A DNA stretch of 64,000 nt from Spirochaetales bacterium (GCA_037142615.1 JBAXAI010000008.1:69799-133798); one strand, 5' to 3'; shown: positions 48,586 through 58,671, counted from the stretch's first letter. Program-made: numbers and translations. Notes: a model not told the origin generated them from the letters alone.

Positions 48586-49984
48586 GGTTCCCAGCCTCCT
48601 TGGGGTTGAGCAGTCGGTCTTGCAGGCGTTCGAGCGCCACACCGCGTGATCCCTTGAGCACCACCAAATCACCCGGGAGAATAAAGTCCTCCAGGGCCTC
48701 TTGGAGTTGCTCAAAGTCCGAAGTCCAATACAGGTGGCCAGGAAACTCGCTGTCGGCAGCGGCTTGGAACGCGTCCTGGGCCTCTTCTCCGAAAAAGTAC
48801 AGCGCCTCGACCTCGAGCACCGAAGCGGCCTCGCCCAGCCGGCGATGGAAGTTCGCCGTCTGCGGACCAAGTTCTTTCATGGCACCCAGCACGACCACCT
48901 TGCGTTGCCCCGGGGGCAGAGCCTTCAACAGGTCGAGCAACCCCAGCATGGAATCGAGGTTGGCGTTGTAGCAATCGAGGTAGAGGTCAACCCGACCCTT
49001 GAAAAACTGACTTCGACCAAAAGACGGCTCGACGGCGGCCAGCGCGTCTCGGCTCTTTCGGGGATCCAGACCCAACGCCTCAAGAGCTGTCAACGCGGCG
49101 AGAACATTGTCGCGGTTGTGCTTGCCCGGCAGACGGGTGCTGTAGGTCGTGCCTTTCCATTCAAAAGTGGAACCAGCCAGGCCGCGATCTTCCAGCAGGT
49201 GGTACCCGGGCAGCGAGGTTCCAAACAGGTAAACTCGGCCTTCAAAACCCTCGCGAAGCACATCCAGACTGCTGTCAGCAGTCGGAAGAACCGCCAGCGC
49301 GACATTCCCGCTGCGGGAAAAGATTTTCTTTTTTTCTAAAGCTATCTCGTGCTGGCTGCCGATGATTCCGATATGGGCAGTCCCTACGTTCGTGATAACC
49401 GAAAGCAAAGGTTGAACAATGGTTGCCAGAGCGTCCATCTCCCCCTTGTGATTGATGCCCATCTCAAACACGGCAAACTGAAAGCCCTTGGTCAGCCTAA
49501 GAGCCATCAACGGCAACCCGATCTCAGAGTTGAAGTTCCCGGCGCTCGAGTAGGTCGAGCCGTGGGCCGAAAGCGCGGCCGCCAGAAGGTCTTTGGTGGT
49601 TGTCTTGCCGTTGCTGCCCGTCACGCCAATGCGCAGGGTCGACGGGAATCTTTCGAGGTGAGCGGCCGCGAACTCCGAGAGTGAACCGAGCACTGACTCG
49701 ACAACGACCACGACCAAGCCGGAGCGCGCTTCGAACGCGGGCCGAAGGGAATCCCACTGGCCCCGCGCGCAAAAGGTGGCCTTCAGCCCGCGATCCCAAA
49801 GGTCCACGATGAACTGGTGTCCGTCGACGCGCTCGCCCTTCAAGGGCACAAACATCGCGGCCGCCAAAGGCGTTCGGGAGTCCAGAAAGAAGTCGGTCAC
49901 GGTCTCGAGCAACGACAAATCGCCGAACAGTTCGGCGTCGGGGAGAACTTCTTTCCAGCGGTCAACGGGCCAGGGCGAGGTCAC
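48575..49984 (-). CDS. murF: UDP-MurNAc-tripeptide--D-Ala-D-Ala ligase MurF
   Basis: GVTGSNGKTTTK, NFNSEIGLP, DCYNAN and LKGSRG motifs. Confidence 0.94.
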   Translation of the reverse strand: MTSPWPVDRWKEVLPDAELFGDLSLLETVTDFFLDSRTPLAAAMFVPLKGERVDGHQFIVDLWDRGLKATFCARGQWDSLRPAFEARSGLVVVVVESVLGSLSEFAAAHLERFPSTLRIGVTGSNGKTTTKDLLAAALSAHGSTYSSAGNFNSEIGLPLMALRLTKGFQFAVFEMGINHKGEMDALATIVQPLLSVITNVGTAHIGIIGSQHEIALEKKKIFSRSGNVALAVLPTADSSLDVLREGFEGRVYLFGTSLPGYHLLEDRGLAGSTFEWKGTTYSTRLPGKHNRDNVLAALTALEALGLDPRKSRDALAAVEPSFGRSQFFKGRVDLYLDCYNANLDSMLGLLDLLKALPPGQRKVVVLGAMKELGPQTANFHRRLGEAASVLEVEALYFFGEEAQDAFQAAADSEFPGHLYWTSDFEQLQEALEDFILPGDLVVLKGSRGVALERLQDRLLNPKEAGNRVL

Positions 49985-50262
49985 GGAGTTCCTCCCTGAG
50001 CCCCAAAACGGATCTTCAGCGTGCCGGAAGCTCCCACGGAAGCGAGTCCCAGCGAATCCGCCAGAGTCTCAATCCGACCTGGGGCCTCAAGAACGGTCAC
50101 GCCGGCCAGCAGCTTCTTGTTCTTTTCGATCCACGCGTCCTGCTGCGCCATACGCTGCGACACCTGCCTGCTCGCGTCGTGAAAGGCCACCGACTGGGCC
50201 ACGACGGCAAAAAGAAAGAGGGGCAAGGTCAACGCGCAGACGAGCAAAAACTTTCGGGTCAT
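49981..50262 (-). CDS. ftsL: Cell division protein FtsL
   Basis: Small TM + coiled-coil protein, PGRIETLA..LGL; follows rsmH. Confidence 0.75.
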   Translation of the reverse strand: MTRKFLLVCALTLPLFLFAVVAQSVAFHDASRQVSQRMAQQDAWIEKNKKLLAGVTVLEAPGRIETLADSLGLASVGASGTLKIRFGAQGGTP

Positions 50263-51209
50263 TCTTCCTTCCTCGAACTCCGTAACTTCTTCACCGCGCG
50301 CAGTTTGGCACTGCGAGACGGTGGATTGAGCGCCACTTCTTCTTCCGTAGCCACGAGTGGCCTCCTGGTCAGGTCGTCAGCCAGGGCCCGACCGCCGCAT
50401 TGACAGCGCGCAATCTCGGGACCGCAAATACAGGCCTTGGCGTGCTCCCGGAAGAAGGTCTTCACAGCCCGATCTTCCAGCGAGTGGAAGCTGATCACCA
50501 CCAACCGACCGCCGGGAGCCAAGGCCGCAAAAGCCGCCGTCAGAACCCGGGACAGCCGGTCGAGCTCGCCGTTCACCGCGATACGCAAGGCCTGAAAGCT
50601 CTTGGTCGCCGGGTGAAGGCGTCCATACCGGGCCGAAACAGGAACGGCCTCCCAGATTTTATCGGCCAGTTGCTTGGCCGTCTCAATCCGTTCCTGCTTC
50701 CGCGCCTCGACAAGCGTGCGAGCAATTCGCCTCGACAAGGTCTCCTCACCGTACTCAAACAAGACCCGGGCCAACTCCACTTCCCCCAGCGAGTTCACCA
50801 GATCCGCCGCCGACTCGCCCTGGGACGGATCCAGGCGCATATCCAGCGGCTCGTCGCCGCGGAACGAAAAGCCGCGGCCACTTTCTTCGTAGTGGTACAC
50901 CGAGATCCCCAGATCCAGGAGCACCACGTTGGGGCAGGCAACCGCCCCCTGCTCGACAAACCACTCATCAAACCAAGCGTGTACAAAGCGCACGCGCTCA
51001 CCAAAACCAGCCAACCTCTCGCGGGCCTTGGCCTGAATGCCGAGGTCGGCATCAAGGCAAACTAAACGGCAGGCCGGAAAGCGTTGCAAAAACGCCTCGC
51101 TGTGCCCTCCTTCCCCCGTGGTTCCATCCACCACCAGTTCTCCTGGCTGGACGAGGGAGATCTTTAGGACCTCCTCCAGGAGAACTGGCCGGTGGCGGAT
51201 TTCCATCAC
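50259..51209 (-). CDS. rsmH: 16S rRNA m4C1402 methyltransferase RsmH
   Basis: HRPVLLEE, GEGGHS, PLDMR, SFHSLEDR and NPPSRSAKLR motifs. Confidence 0.96.
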   Translation of the reverse strand: MMEIRHRPVLLEEVLKISLVQPGELVVDGTTGEGGHSEAFLQRFPACRLVCLDADLGIQAKARERLAGFGERVRFVHAWFDEWFVEQGAVACPNVVLLDLGISVYHYEESGRGFSFRGDEPLDMRLDPSQGESAADLVNSLGEVELARVLFEYGEETLSRRIARTLVEARKQERIETAKQLADKIWEAVPVSARYGRLHPATKSFQALRIAVNGELDRLSRVLTAAFAALAPGGRLVVISFHSLEDRAVKTFFREHAKACICGPEIARCQCGGRALADDLTRRPLVATEEEVALNPPSRSAKLRAVKKLRSSRKEE

Positions 51210-51658
51210 GAACCCTGCGACCAGTCGGGAATCAGATTGAGCCCCTGAACCGCCTCGCCGAAGCTGGGCTGAGTCTGGGTCAGGTAGGCCTTGTACAGCA
51301 CCTCGTCCCAGATCTCCAGGTAGTTCTCCATCCCCATCACTACACAGTCCTTGCTCAGCCCGGCATGATCCCGCAACAGCGACGACACACCGATCCGTCC
51401 TGCCTTGTCCACGTCGAGCTCCATGGCACTCCCGATGATCCTTCGCTGGATCATCAGGTGCTGCGGGTTAAACATCCCGAGTGATTTCTGAACCGTCTTC
51501 GAAAAGATCTCCCACTTGGGAACCGAGAACAGCCAAAGGCATTGGTCAATGCCCTTGGTGAGGATCAGGGTGTCGCCCGAAAGCTCTCCCCGGAGCCGCG
51601 TGGGAATCAGGAGTCTGCTTTTTTCGTCCATGGTGACTGGATACTCGCCTGTCAGCAT
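51206..51658 (-). CDS. mraZ: Division/cell wall cluster transcription factor MraZ
   Basis: DEKSRLLIP, DKAGRI and YLEIW motifs. Confidence 0.95.
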   Translation of the reverse strand: MLTGEYPVTMDEKSRLLIPTRLRGELSGDTLILTKGIDQCLWLFSVPKWEIFSKTVQKSLGMFNPQHLMIQRRIIGSAMELDVDKAGRIGVSSLLRDHAGLSKDCVVMGMENYLEIWDEVLYKAYLTQTQPSFGEAVQGLNLIPDWSQGS

Positions 51659-51660
51659 TC

Positions 51661-51737
51661 TGATTTACCACATTCTCCTAAATTTCCCCACTTTTCCCCA
51701 CCCATTCCTACTATAGACGTTCTGAATTCCCTGTCAA
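51661..51737 (-). promoter_or_regulatory. dcw promoter with MraZ-box direct repeats
   Basis: TTGACA(51737-51732)-16-TATAGT, followed by five 10-nt-phased boxes GTAGG/GTGGG/GTGGG/TTAGG/GTGGT. Confidence 0.8.
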
Positions 51738-51779
51738 CCGATTCGAGTCGACCAAAATCTGCGATTTAGCCGTCAAGCG

Positions 51780-51810
51780 AAAAAAAAGACCGTACAGATG
51801 TACGGTCTTT
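51780..51810 (-). terminator. Intrinsic terminator after the GH57 gene
   Basis: AAAGACCGTAC-4nt-GTACGGTCTTT hairpin with a T8 tract on the minus strand. Confidence 0.88.
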
Positions 51811-51840
51811 CAGGGAATCCTAACTAGGGGACGGAAGGAA

Positions 51841-53433
51841 TCAGGCGAGGCGTCGGAAAATACGGTAATCCAGGTCTGGGAAGAGGTTGTCTTTCTTCTC
51901 GAGCGAAGTTAGCCATTCGGTGTCCATGGTGTTGGCCGAAAGCGCTTCGTAGATCTTGGTGAAGTTGGCGATGTGTTCCTTTACCCTGCGTTCGGCGTAT
52001 TGAACCGTGGTTCCCATCTTGAGGATCAGAGGCCAATCAGAGGCCTGGGCCAGCAACACCTCGCGCGCTGCTTGGTTGAGGGCTCGCTGTTTGCGTCCCT
52101 GAACATCGGGGAAGCGGTCCACCAGCTCAGCCATGCGTTCTACCAGCTGGAAGGTATGACGGCAGATCCAGTCGTTGCTTCCGTCGAGCCAGACCTCGGC
52201 GTAGCCGCCGGAGCCCCACGAGCTGAAGGAAAGCTCGGTACGCTGGAAGTCCGGGGCTTCGGGCATCACCTCGCCGGGGGTGACCAGCGACAGTTCTGGC
52301 CCGTCGGTGACAAGCGTGCGGAAGAAGGCCTCGATCCACGAACATCCTTCAAACCACCAGTGACCGAACAGCTCAGCGTCAAAGGGGCAGACGAACAGGG
52401 GGCTGGCGTCTAGACCCGCATCGATCAGCTGCTGGGCGTGCTGGAGCCGGTTGTACACGAAGTTGGCCGCATGCTCTTTCACACGGGCTTCGGCCCTTTC
52501 GGGATCGTAGAAAACCTTCTGGTCGGTTTTGCCGGTAATGGCGTGGTACTTGAAACCGGTCGAGAGCCGCCCGTCAACGCCCGCCATATACGGCTTGAGG
52601 TAGTCCATGGGAAGGTCAAACCCGATATCCCGATAGAAGTCGCGGTACGAGGCATCGGAAGGGTAGCCTTCGTCATGCGACCAGATCGCGTTGGTGGATC
52701 TCATGTCACGCGGAAAAGCCAGAACGCCATTTGGCAGACAAAGCGGAGCAAAAGCGCCCCTCTGGGGCACGTCACGAGCGTTGAGCACAGCGTGCGCCGA
52801 GGCGAAGAAGTAATCAATCTTGTTGCGCTTGAGCAGGTGCTCGAGTCCGGGGTAGTAGGCACACTCGGGCAGCCAGATTCCGCGGGGCACACGCCCGAAG
52901 GCCCGCTGGTGGCTCTCAAGCGCGGTCTGAATCTGGGCACTCACCGCTTCGGGGTAGCCTTGGTAAATCGGAAGGAAAGCGTGGGTGGCGGCGGTTGTAA
53001 TGAGTTCCAGGTGGCCCTTTTTCAAGAAGTACGAAAAACCCCGCAGCACGTTGCCCTGATACACCTCGTTGAAATCACCGTGATTGTGTTTGTAGAGCAG
53101 GCGGTACATCTTGGCCACCCGGTGAGCCTTGGGGTCGCCCGCCGTCCGCTCCATTTCTTTTTCTGCGAGCTCAAGCTGGAGCTCCAGATGCTGCCGGTAG
53201 CGGTCCTGCAACAAGGGGTCGGAAAGCATGGCGGTGAGCGTGGGCGAAAACGACATGGTCAGACGGAAAGGGATGTTGTCCTCTTCCAGCCGATGGAACA
53301 CCCGAAGCAAGGGAAGGTAGGTCTCAGAAAGAGCTTCGAACAACCAGCGTTCTTCCAGAAATACCTCGTACTCCGGATGACGCACAAAAGGCAGGTGGGC
53401 GTTAAGCAACAGAGCCATGCGCGCCCGACTCAC
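51841..53433 (-). CDS. GH57 1,4-alpha-glucan branching enzyme (DUF1957 type)
   Basis: NAHLPFV, GIWLPEC (nucleophile E), PFDAELFGHWWFEG (acid/base D) and AQASDW. Start GTG 53433 overlaps the upstream stop. Confidence 0.88.
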   Translation of the reverse strand: MSRARMALLLNAHLPFVRHPEYEVFLEERWLFEALSETYLPLLRVFHRLEEDNIPFRLTMSFSPTLTAMLSDPLLQDRYRQHLELQLELAEKEMERTAGDPKAHRVAKMYRLLYKHNHGDFNEVYQGNVLRGFSYFLKKGHLELITTAATHAFLPIYQGYPEAVSAQIQTALESHQRAFGRVPRGIWLPECAYYPGLEHLLKRNKIDYFFASAHAVLNARDVPQRGAFAPLCLPNGVLAFPRDMRSTNAIWSHDEGYPSDASYRDFYRDIGFDLPMDYLKPYMAGVDGRLSTGFKYHAITGKTDQKVFYDPERAEARVKEHAANFVYNRLQHAQQLIDAGLDASPLFVCPFDAELFGHWWFEGCSWIEAFFRTLVTDGPELSLVTPGEVMPEAPDFQRTELSFSSWGSGGYAEVWLDGSNDWICRHTFQLVERMAELVDRFPDVQGRKQRALNQAAREVLLAQASDWPLILKMGTTVQYAERRVKEHIANFTKIYEALSANTMDTEWLTSLEKKDNLFPDLDYRIFRRLA

Positions 53434-54197
53434 GAGAGAACTCCCTCGTCCCAATCGCCGACGCGCTGGGGAATCGCGCTGGAGGAGCCCGCACCGGCTC
53501 CGGGGACGGGACCAACATTCGTTTCGCAGATCCAAGCCCCCGAGAGTTCCAAGATGCGTTTCTCGGCTGCGGTGAGTCCTTTTCGGTCCAAAGGGTTCGC
53601 CGGCAGTTCCGGAGGAGTAAAAACCAAGGCGGAGCGACCGAGGAGCCGTGACTCCCTCTCGTACAAAGCGTGTAGTTCGAGCGAGTACCAGCGACCGGCG
53701 GTCGGAAGGTGGATGTAACGGGTGCCCTGGGCCTGCGGGACTGGAATCAGGAAAACCGGATGCGGTGCGGGATCACTCGGGGCCCGTGAAACCTGTTGAG
53801 GGTGCTCAAGAACCTTGAGGCCATAGCCTCGGAACGCGTAGTCCTGACCGAGGGTATCCTGATCCTTGCGGCGCACTTCCCAAAGCGCCAGGGCCCAAGT
53901 CGGATCTCGCAAGACCAAGCTGATCCGGTTCTCGTCGTAGGCTTCTGGAACCAGCGGGTCCCTGGGCGAGAGGGCCGACTCGCCGGTCCGTTCTCCGAGG
54001 CCTGAGAACTTGGCCTGTTCCATCTTGATGATGAGGTTGTTGAGCGTTTCTCGCTCACGACGGTCCTCTTCAAAAGCCTCGAAAAGCTCTTCGATCAGTT
54101 CATCCCTGCCGAGATCCGGATCCACTTCGAGGCTCTCTTTTCGGGACAGTTCCAGGAGAGCTTGCATTGGCAGACCGTCGAGCCGTTCTCTGGTCAT
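53430..54197 (-). CDS. DUF4912 domain protein
   Basis: PEAYDENRISLVLRDPTWALALWEV motif; usual partner of GH57 branching enzymes. Confidence 0.82.
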   Translation of the reverse strand: MTRERLDGLPMQALLELSRKESLEVDPDLGRDELIEELFEAFEEDRRERETLNNLIIKMEQAKFSGLGERTGESALSPRDPLVPEAYDENRISLVLRDPTWALALWEVRRKDQDTLGQDYAFRGYGLKVLEHPQQVSRAPSDPAPHPVFLIPVPQAQGTRYIHLPTAGRWYSLELHALYERESRLLGRSALVFTPPELPANPLDRKGLTAAEKRILELSGAWICETNVGPVPGAGAGSSSAIPQRVGDWDEGVLS

Positions 54198-54218
54198 TGA
54201 ACCCCCTTCCCTGTCCTT

Positions 54219-54317
54219 ACACTAGGAAAAGGGCTCCGGGGTGTCAAGGGCCGAGGATCAGACTCTGAGAGTCCCACAAGTGTGTCTCTTTACAAGGGTG
54301 TCATGCGGATTCATAGT
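54219..54317. promoter_or_regulatory. Divergent sigma70 promoters of the GH57 locus
   Basis: Minus strand: TTGACA(54247-54242)-17-TAGTGT. Plus strand: TTTACA(54289-54294)-17-CATAGT(54312-54317), 6 nt before ATG 54324. Confidence 0.6.
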
Positions 54318-54323
54318 GGAAGC

Positions 54324-56702
54324 ATGGCCAAATCGTTTGTACTTTCCGGGCACTTCACCTCCCCCGCAGAAGTTGACCCATGGACAGGACTGCGGCACGA
54401 CTATTCCAGCAGGGAAAACTTTCAGCAGAGGTTCCAGCAACTTTCTCGTACCTGCTACGGTGCCAATTCGGCCTCACGCATTCTTGGACCCGACGGAAAA
54501 ATCCGCAAGATCGTCAACAACTACGCCTCGATGGCGTTCAGCTTCTCACCGTCGCTGCTCGACGAACTCTCATCCCGCTCGCCGAACGTGTACCGCCGGG
54601 TGGTGGCGGCCGACGCCGAGAGTCTGGCGGCCCTCGGGCACGGCAATGCCCTCGCCCAAGTTTGGTCCGCTTCGGTGCTTCCCTTGTTGACTCCTCCCCA
54701 GGTGCACCGGCAGCTCAAATGGGGTATCGCCGCATTTGAGAAGCATTTCCATCGGCGTCCGGAGGGTTTCTGGCTGCCGCACCAAGGGTTCTCGGAGTCG
54801 GTTGCCGACCACTTGATTGCATTGGGTGTCCCTTGGGTGGTGCTTTCACCGTGGCAGGCCGAGGCCCACATGCCAGCCGACGACGGCAGCTGGCAGTCCT
54901 TGGGCGAAGCGCCGGCCCCCGCCGACAGAGTCTACAGGCTTGACCGTCCGGAAGGTTCGCTCGGGATCTTCTTCGATGACGCCGCGCTCCTGCAAGGAAT
55001 CCACAACAACCACCTGCTGCGCGATGCCTCAAGGTTCGCCCATGCGATCCGCGAACGGGTGATCGACCGTCCCTTTTCAACACTTTCGGCCGACGGATCG
55101 CTTTTTGGCCAGGAGGAACCCTTCGCCGACATGTGTTTGGCTGCCCTTTGGGACAAACTCGGAGTCGGAGACAAGGTCGAAGTAGTCAACTACGGAGTGC
55201 TCTGGGAGCGCCACCCTCCGACGTGGCAGATCCGCCTCAAGAAAGGTGCCAACGAGGAAGGCACCTCCCGGGACTGCCCCCACGGCGTGCAGCGATGGAA
55301 AGCCGACTGCGGCTGTTCCTCGGTGGAAGAACAGTTCTCGGCCGCTGCATCAGGTTCGTCCTGGCACCAGAGATGGCGGGCGCCGCTGTTCCAAACGATG
55401 ACCAGACTCCAAGAACGCCTTTTCGCGGCCGAGGCACAGGTGCTCGCGTCGATGGACGTCAGGCCCGAAGAGTGGGAGGCGACCTTGCCCTCGTTGTTAT
55501 TGAGGCAGTGTCCACCGGCTGAGTGGGTAGCCCATCTGGTTCCTGACGCCAGCGAGGTGGTCGCGTCGCGGCTTCTGCGCTGGGCCTGGGCCTCCCACCA
55601 TGCCACGGTCATGATGCAGGCTGCCCTTTGGCACGAGGCCGACCCGTTGTTCCCGACGGCCCGCGGGGGCCTCCTGGAAGCGCTGCGAGCCCTTGAGCTC
55701 GCGGGGCCGGAACTCGAAACCCCGCTTTTTCAGGAGTTTCTCGCGGGTCTGTCGATCGAAGGAAATCAGGGAGGAACACTGAGGTTGCAGTTGGAACGAG
55801 ACCTGCTCAAGCGACGCCACGGCGTCGAGTTCCCGGCCGCGTTGGTTCTCTTTGACCGCCTGCTTCGTCCCAGGTCCTGGTACCAGGAACAGTTGGGAAC
55901 CTATCAGGTAACCCAATTCACCAAGGACCGTCAGGAACTTGCCGATGGAGTTCGTTACTCCGGACGGCTCGATCTGCTGCATACTGATCTCGACCAAGTG
56001 CACAAACTGGACTACCTGCTTCTAGAGAATGAAGCTACAGGCGTCACGCTTACCCTCAAGCCCGTCGGCAGCACCGCGAAACCCTTGCCGTTTGACTTGG
56101 AGTGGCTCCCGATGGGAGAACGCGGCGAAATCGTTTTGTGGCTTGGCACCGATCTCGAAGCGACACTTGCCTCCGAAACGCAGGTGTTCTTTCCCCTTCT
56201 GCGCAAGTCTTTGGTCTACTCTCGTCTGCTTGCGGTGCCGCCGCTCCCGATGACCAAGTCACTCATGGAACTCGCGGTAACCCGGAAGATCCTCGAGCTG
56301 GCCGACAGTGCCGAAGTTCCCCAGGAAGAAGCCCTGGCCGAACTGGAGGCAGAGCTGGCCTTTGCCAAGGACTACGGTTTGGTGCTCGACCGGGAACGAC
56401 TGAACGCCCGCTTCTCGCGGTGGCTCTTCCAAGCGCTGTCGCGCCCGGACGACTTCACCCGCGAGTCGGTGGTCAAGGCTGTTGAAACCCTCCTGAGCAA
56501 GCTGTTCGCATGGAACTTCCAGCCCGACATCACGGTGGCCCAGTCGCTAGTCTTTGAGGCTCTGCAAGCCCGTGGTCCCGCCCTACTGCTGGCGCTCGAG
56601 CAAGGGCAGGTCGAAGCGCTGGGGGAACTGAAACGCCTGCTTCGTCTCGGCGGTTTGCTCCTCATTGACACGACGGAATTGCGCAACCGACTTCTGGACT
56701 AG
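54324..56702 (+). CDS. GH57-like DUF3536-type protein with a degenerate catalytic site
   Basis: SGHFTSP..DPWTG, MAFSFSPSLL, GHGNALAQ, PEGFWLPH, CPHGVQRWKADCGC and WHQRWRAPL motifs. Confidence 0.75.
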   Translation: MAKSFVLSGHFTSPAEVDPWTGLRHDYSSRENFQQRFQQLSRTCYGANSASRILGPDGKIRKIVNNYASMAFSFSPSLLDELSSRSPNVYRRVVAADAESLAALGHGNALAQVWSASVLPLLTPPQVHRQLKWGIAAFEKHFHRRPEGFWLPHQGFSESVADHLIALGVPWVVLSPWQAEAHMPADDGSWQSLGEAPAPADRVYRLDRPEGSLGIFFDDAALLQGIHNNHLLRDASRFAHAIRERVIDRPFSTLSADGSLFGQEEPFADMCLAALWDKLGVGDKVEVVNYGVLWERHPPTWQIRLKKGANEEGTSRDCPHGVQRWKADCGCSSVEEQFSAAASGSSWHQRWRAPLFQTMTRLQERLFAAEAQVLASMDVRPEEWEATLPSLLLRQCPPAEWVAHLVPDASEVVASRLLRWAWASHHATVMMQAALWHEADPLFPTARGGLLEALRALELAGPELETPLFQEFLAGLSIEGNQGGTLRLQLERDLLKRRHGVEFPAALVLFDRLLRPRSWYQEQLGTYQVTQFTKDRQELADGVRYSGRLDLLHTDLDQVHKLDYLLLENEATGVTLTLKPVGSTAKPLPFDLEWLPMGERGEIVLWLGTDLEATLASETQVFFPLLRKSLVYSRLLAVPPLPMTKSLMELAVTRKILELADSAEVPQEEALAELEAELAFAKDYGLVLDRERLNARFSRWLFQALSRPDDFTRESVVKAVETLLSKLFAWNFQPDITVAQSLVFEALQARGPALLLALEQGQVEALGELKRLLRLGGLLLIDTTELRNRLLD

Positions 56703-57592
56703 TTTCGCAAACCGCGGACCCGGAAGGTCTTGCCGGTCTCGTTGCCGGCAAAATCCTTGACCACGATCTCAAGAATGTTGTTGCCTTCGTTGAAGAAGAC
56801 TTGCCCCAGCATCCAACGTTTATCGTCGACGAGCACTTTGTCGAGCGGCTGACTCATTCCCTTGATGAACCAAACTCCCCCTTTCTCAAAGAGGGAGTCG
56901 AGGCTGGTGTTAAACAACTCGGTTCCATTGAGGTAGGCCTCAATGGCGTAGACGCCGCGCTGGATTTCGGAAGACTTTTCCTTGGACAGCCCGGTGAGCA
57001 GGGTTGAGGGGTCTGTGATGTCAATCGCCACTTGCCAGTAGCCAACCGGAAGCACCGACCGACCAAACAGGGACTGCGGATTGGGATCCGCCTCGCCGGT
57101 CACCTCGACATCCAAGAACAGAGGGGCCTTCTTGTCGACAAGGGGTGGGTACACCAGCAGGGGATTCACCATCTCCCCCAATTGCTGGTCAAACACGAAC
57201 AAGCGATGTCTCGACTCGGCCTGGCCGGGGTCCACCGTGACCTTGCCCAACGGTTCGCCGCGTTGGAACTGCCTTTGGGCCACCTCAGGGTCGAGACGGC
57301 TGACCACTGTCCTCAGGTTATCTTCGTGAGAAAGCATGATGAATCCGCCAAGCGCCGACGGAAGATTCTGTATCGACTGCGACCCGGGGCGTGAAACGAA
57401 CACCACATCGCCTTTCTCGGGAGCACGAAGCGCCGAATCCGTCGTCACAACTTCGATGCCGGAAAAAGAAGTTCCCACCGACCGCTGTCCGAAGGTGCGC
57501 GTGACCTGAACGTCGGTAGCTGGCCAGTCATAGGCTAACAACAAAGGACAAAGTCCGAACAGCAACAGCAACAGCGCCAGACGAGCTTTCAT
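56699..57592 (-). CDS. Exported M23-peptidase-like protein lacking zinc ligands
   Basis: Signal peptide; YDWP..TRTFGQ, FSGIEV, LGGFIML.H and MVNPLL; C-terminal Ig-like VKDFAGNE. Confidence 0.6.
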   Translation of the reverse strand: MKARLALLLLLFGLCPLLLAYDWPATDVQVTRTFGQRSVGTSFSGIEVVTTDSALRAPEKGDVVFVSRPGSQSIQNLPSALGGFIMLSHEDNLRTVVSRLDPEVAQRQFQRGEPLGKVTVDPGQAESRHRLFVFDQQLGEMVNPLLVYPPLVDKKAPLFLDVEVTGEADPNPQSLFGRSVLPVGYWQVAIDITDPSTLLTGLSKEKSSEIQRGVYAIEAYLNGTELFNTSLDSLFEKGGVWFIKGMSQPLDKVLVDDKRWMLGQVFFNEGNNILEIVVKDFAGNETGKTFRVRGLRN

Positions 57593-58671
57593 TGGTATTT
57601 CACCTGCAAGGTGAGCAGACTTTGATCCAACCCGAGGAGGAATTGTTTCGCTGTGGGGGCAAAGAGCACCTCTTTTGCCTGAAAGGTCAGTCGGAGCACG
57701 GCTTGCCCCTCCAGCGAGTCCACCTGAACCGTGTGTCTGTCGCCCGTTCCCGACATCAAGAGTACGAGCCGACGGTCGGTCAGGAAATGGACGTCACCGA
57801 GTACCCCGTCAAAAGGGAGAATTGTTTCACCGGACGAGTCGCCCACTTTGGACACTGCCACGGCACCTTCCGCCTCATGGTATCCGAGCGAGTCGTCGAG
57901 AAAGCCCAACCATGTCGGCCAAGGCTTGTTCTCACTCAGGGGCTTGTGGAAAATGGGTCGGAAATCGCTCCCTCCCTTTTCGAGCATGAGAAACCGTTTG
58001 GGGTCGACGCCCGCGAGCACCAGCATCCGCTTTCCGTCGTGCGACAAGGCGACATTGTACACAACCGGGACGCGACTGCCTCCCGGAACAAACGGACCGG
58101 GGGTAGCCCCTTTCGCATCAAAGGTTTGCACCCTGCCGTCCAGGGTTCCTACCGCGGTGAGTCCCGCCGCTGAGTCGACGGCCGAAATCAAGCTGGAGAA
58201 TTGTTTTGTCCAAAGGAGTTGGCCCTGAACATCGTACGCGGTGAGGCCCAGACGGTTCTCGTCCATGGCGTACAGTTGCCCACCCGACCAGAACGGGTAC
58301 TTCTGACCCTTGATCCGGAAGAGTACGCCTTGGGTTCCCTCGACGGTCACAGAATCCAGAGAGGCATCGTACCAGGCCATGCGATCACCGGAAGAAACCG
58401 ATTGGGGTCTCTGGGGCTGAGCACGAAGCAACCGGCCCTGACTATCCCAGTAACCTTCCCGCCCGGCGAGCTCAAAGAAACGACCACCCGGCTGGAGCGG
58501 GCTCGTGAGATCCTCCGAAAGCGAGGCTACGGAATCAGGGACAAGGAAAAGTTCGTGCCCCAAAGTTCGGGGAAAGGCCAAACTGTAGAGAATAACGAAG
58601 CCCACCGAGAGAACCACCGTAAGGACGGTGGCACTGTTTTCGCGCGCCGAAGTTTCCCGCAGTAAACCCAT
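57589..58671 (-). CDS. Membrane-anchored beta-propeller (PQQ/WD40-like) protein
   Basis: N-terminal TM helix; YDVQGQLLW, VGTLDGRV and PGGSRVPVVYNVALS. Start reset to ATG 58671, downstream of TTGACA-17-TATTCT. Confidence 0.65.
   Translation of the reverse strand: MGLLRETSARENSATVLTVVLSVGFVILYSLAFPRTLGHELFLVPDSVASLSEDLTSPLQPGGRFFELAGREGYWDSQGRLLRAQPQRPQSVSSGDRMAWYDASLDSVTVEGTQGVLFRIKGQKYPFWSGGQLYAMDENRLGLTAYDVQGQLLWTKQFSSLISAVDSAAGLTAVGTLDGRVQTFDAKGATPGPFVPGGSRVPVVYNVALSHDGKRMLVLAGVDPKRFLMLEKGGSDFRPIFHKPLSENKPWPTWLGFLDDSLGYHEAEGAVAVSKVGDSSGETILPFDGVLGDVHFLTDRRLVLLMSGTGDRHTVQVDSLEGQAVLRLTFQAKEVLFAPTAKQFLLGLDQSLLTLQVKYQ

Noticed and set aside
43032-51658. Absence of ftsI, murE, murD, murG, murC and ddl from the dcw cluster
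   Set aside because: A reduced dcw cluster is normal for spirochetes.
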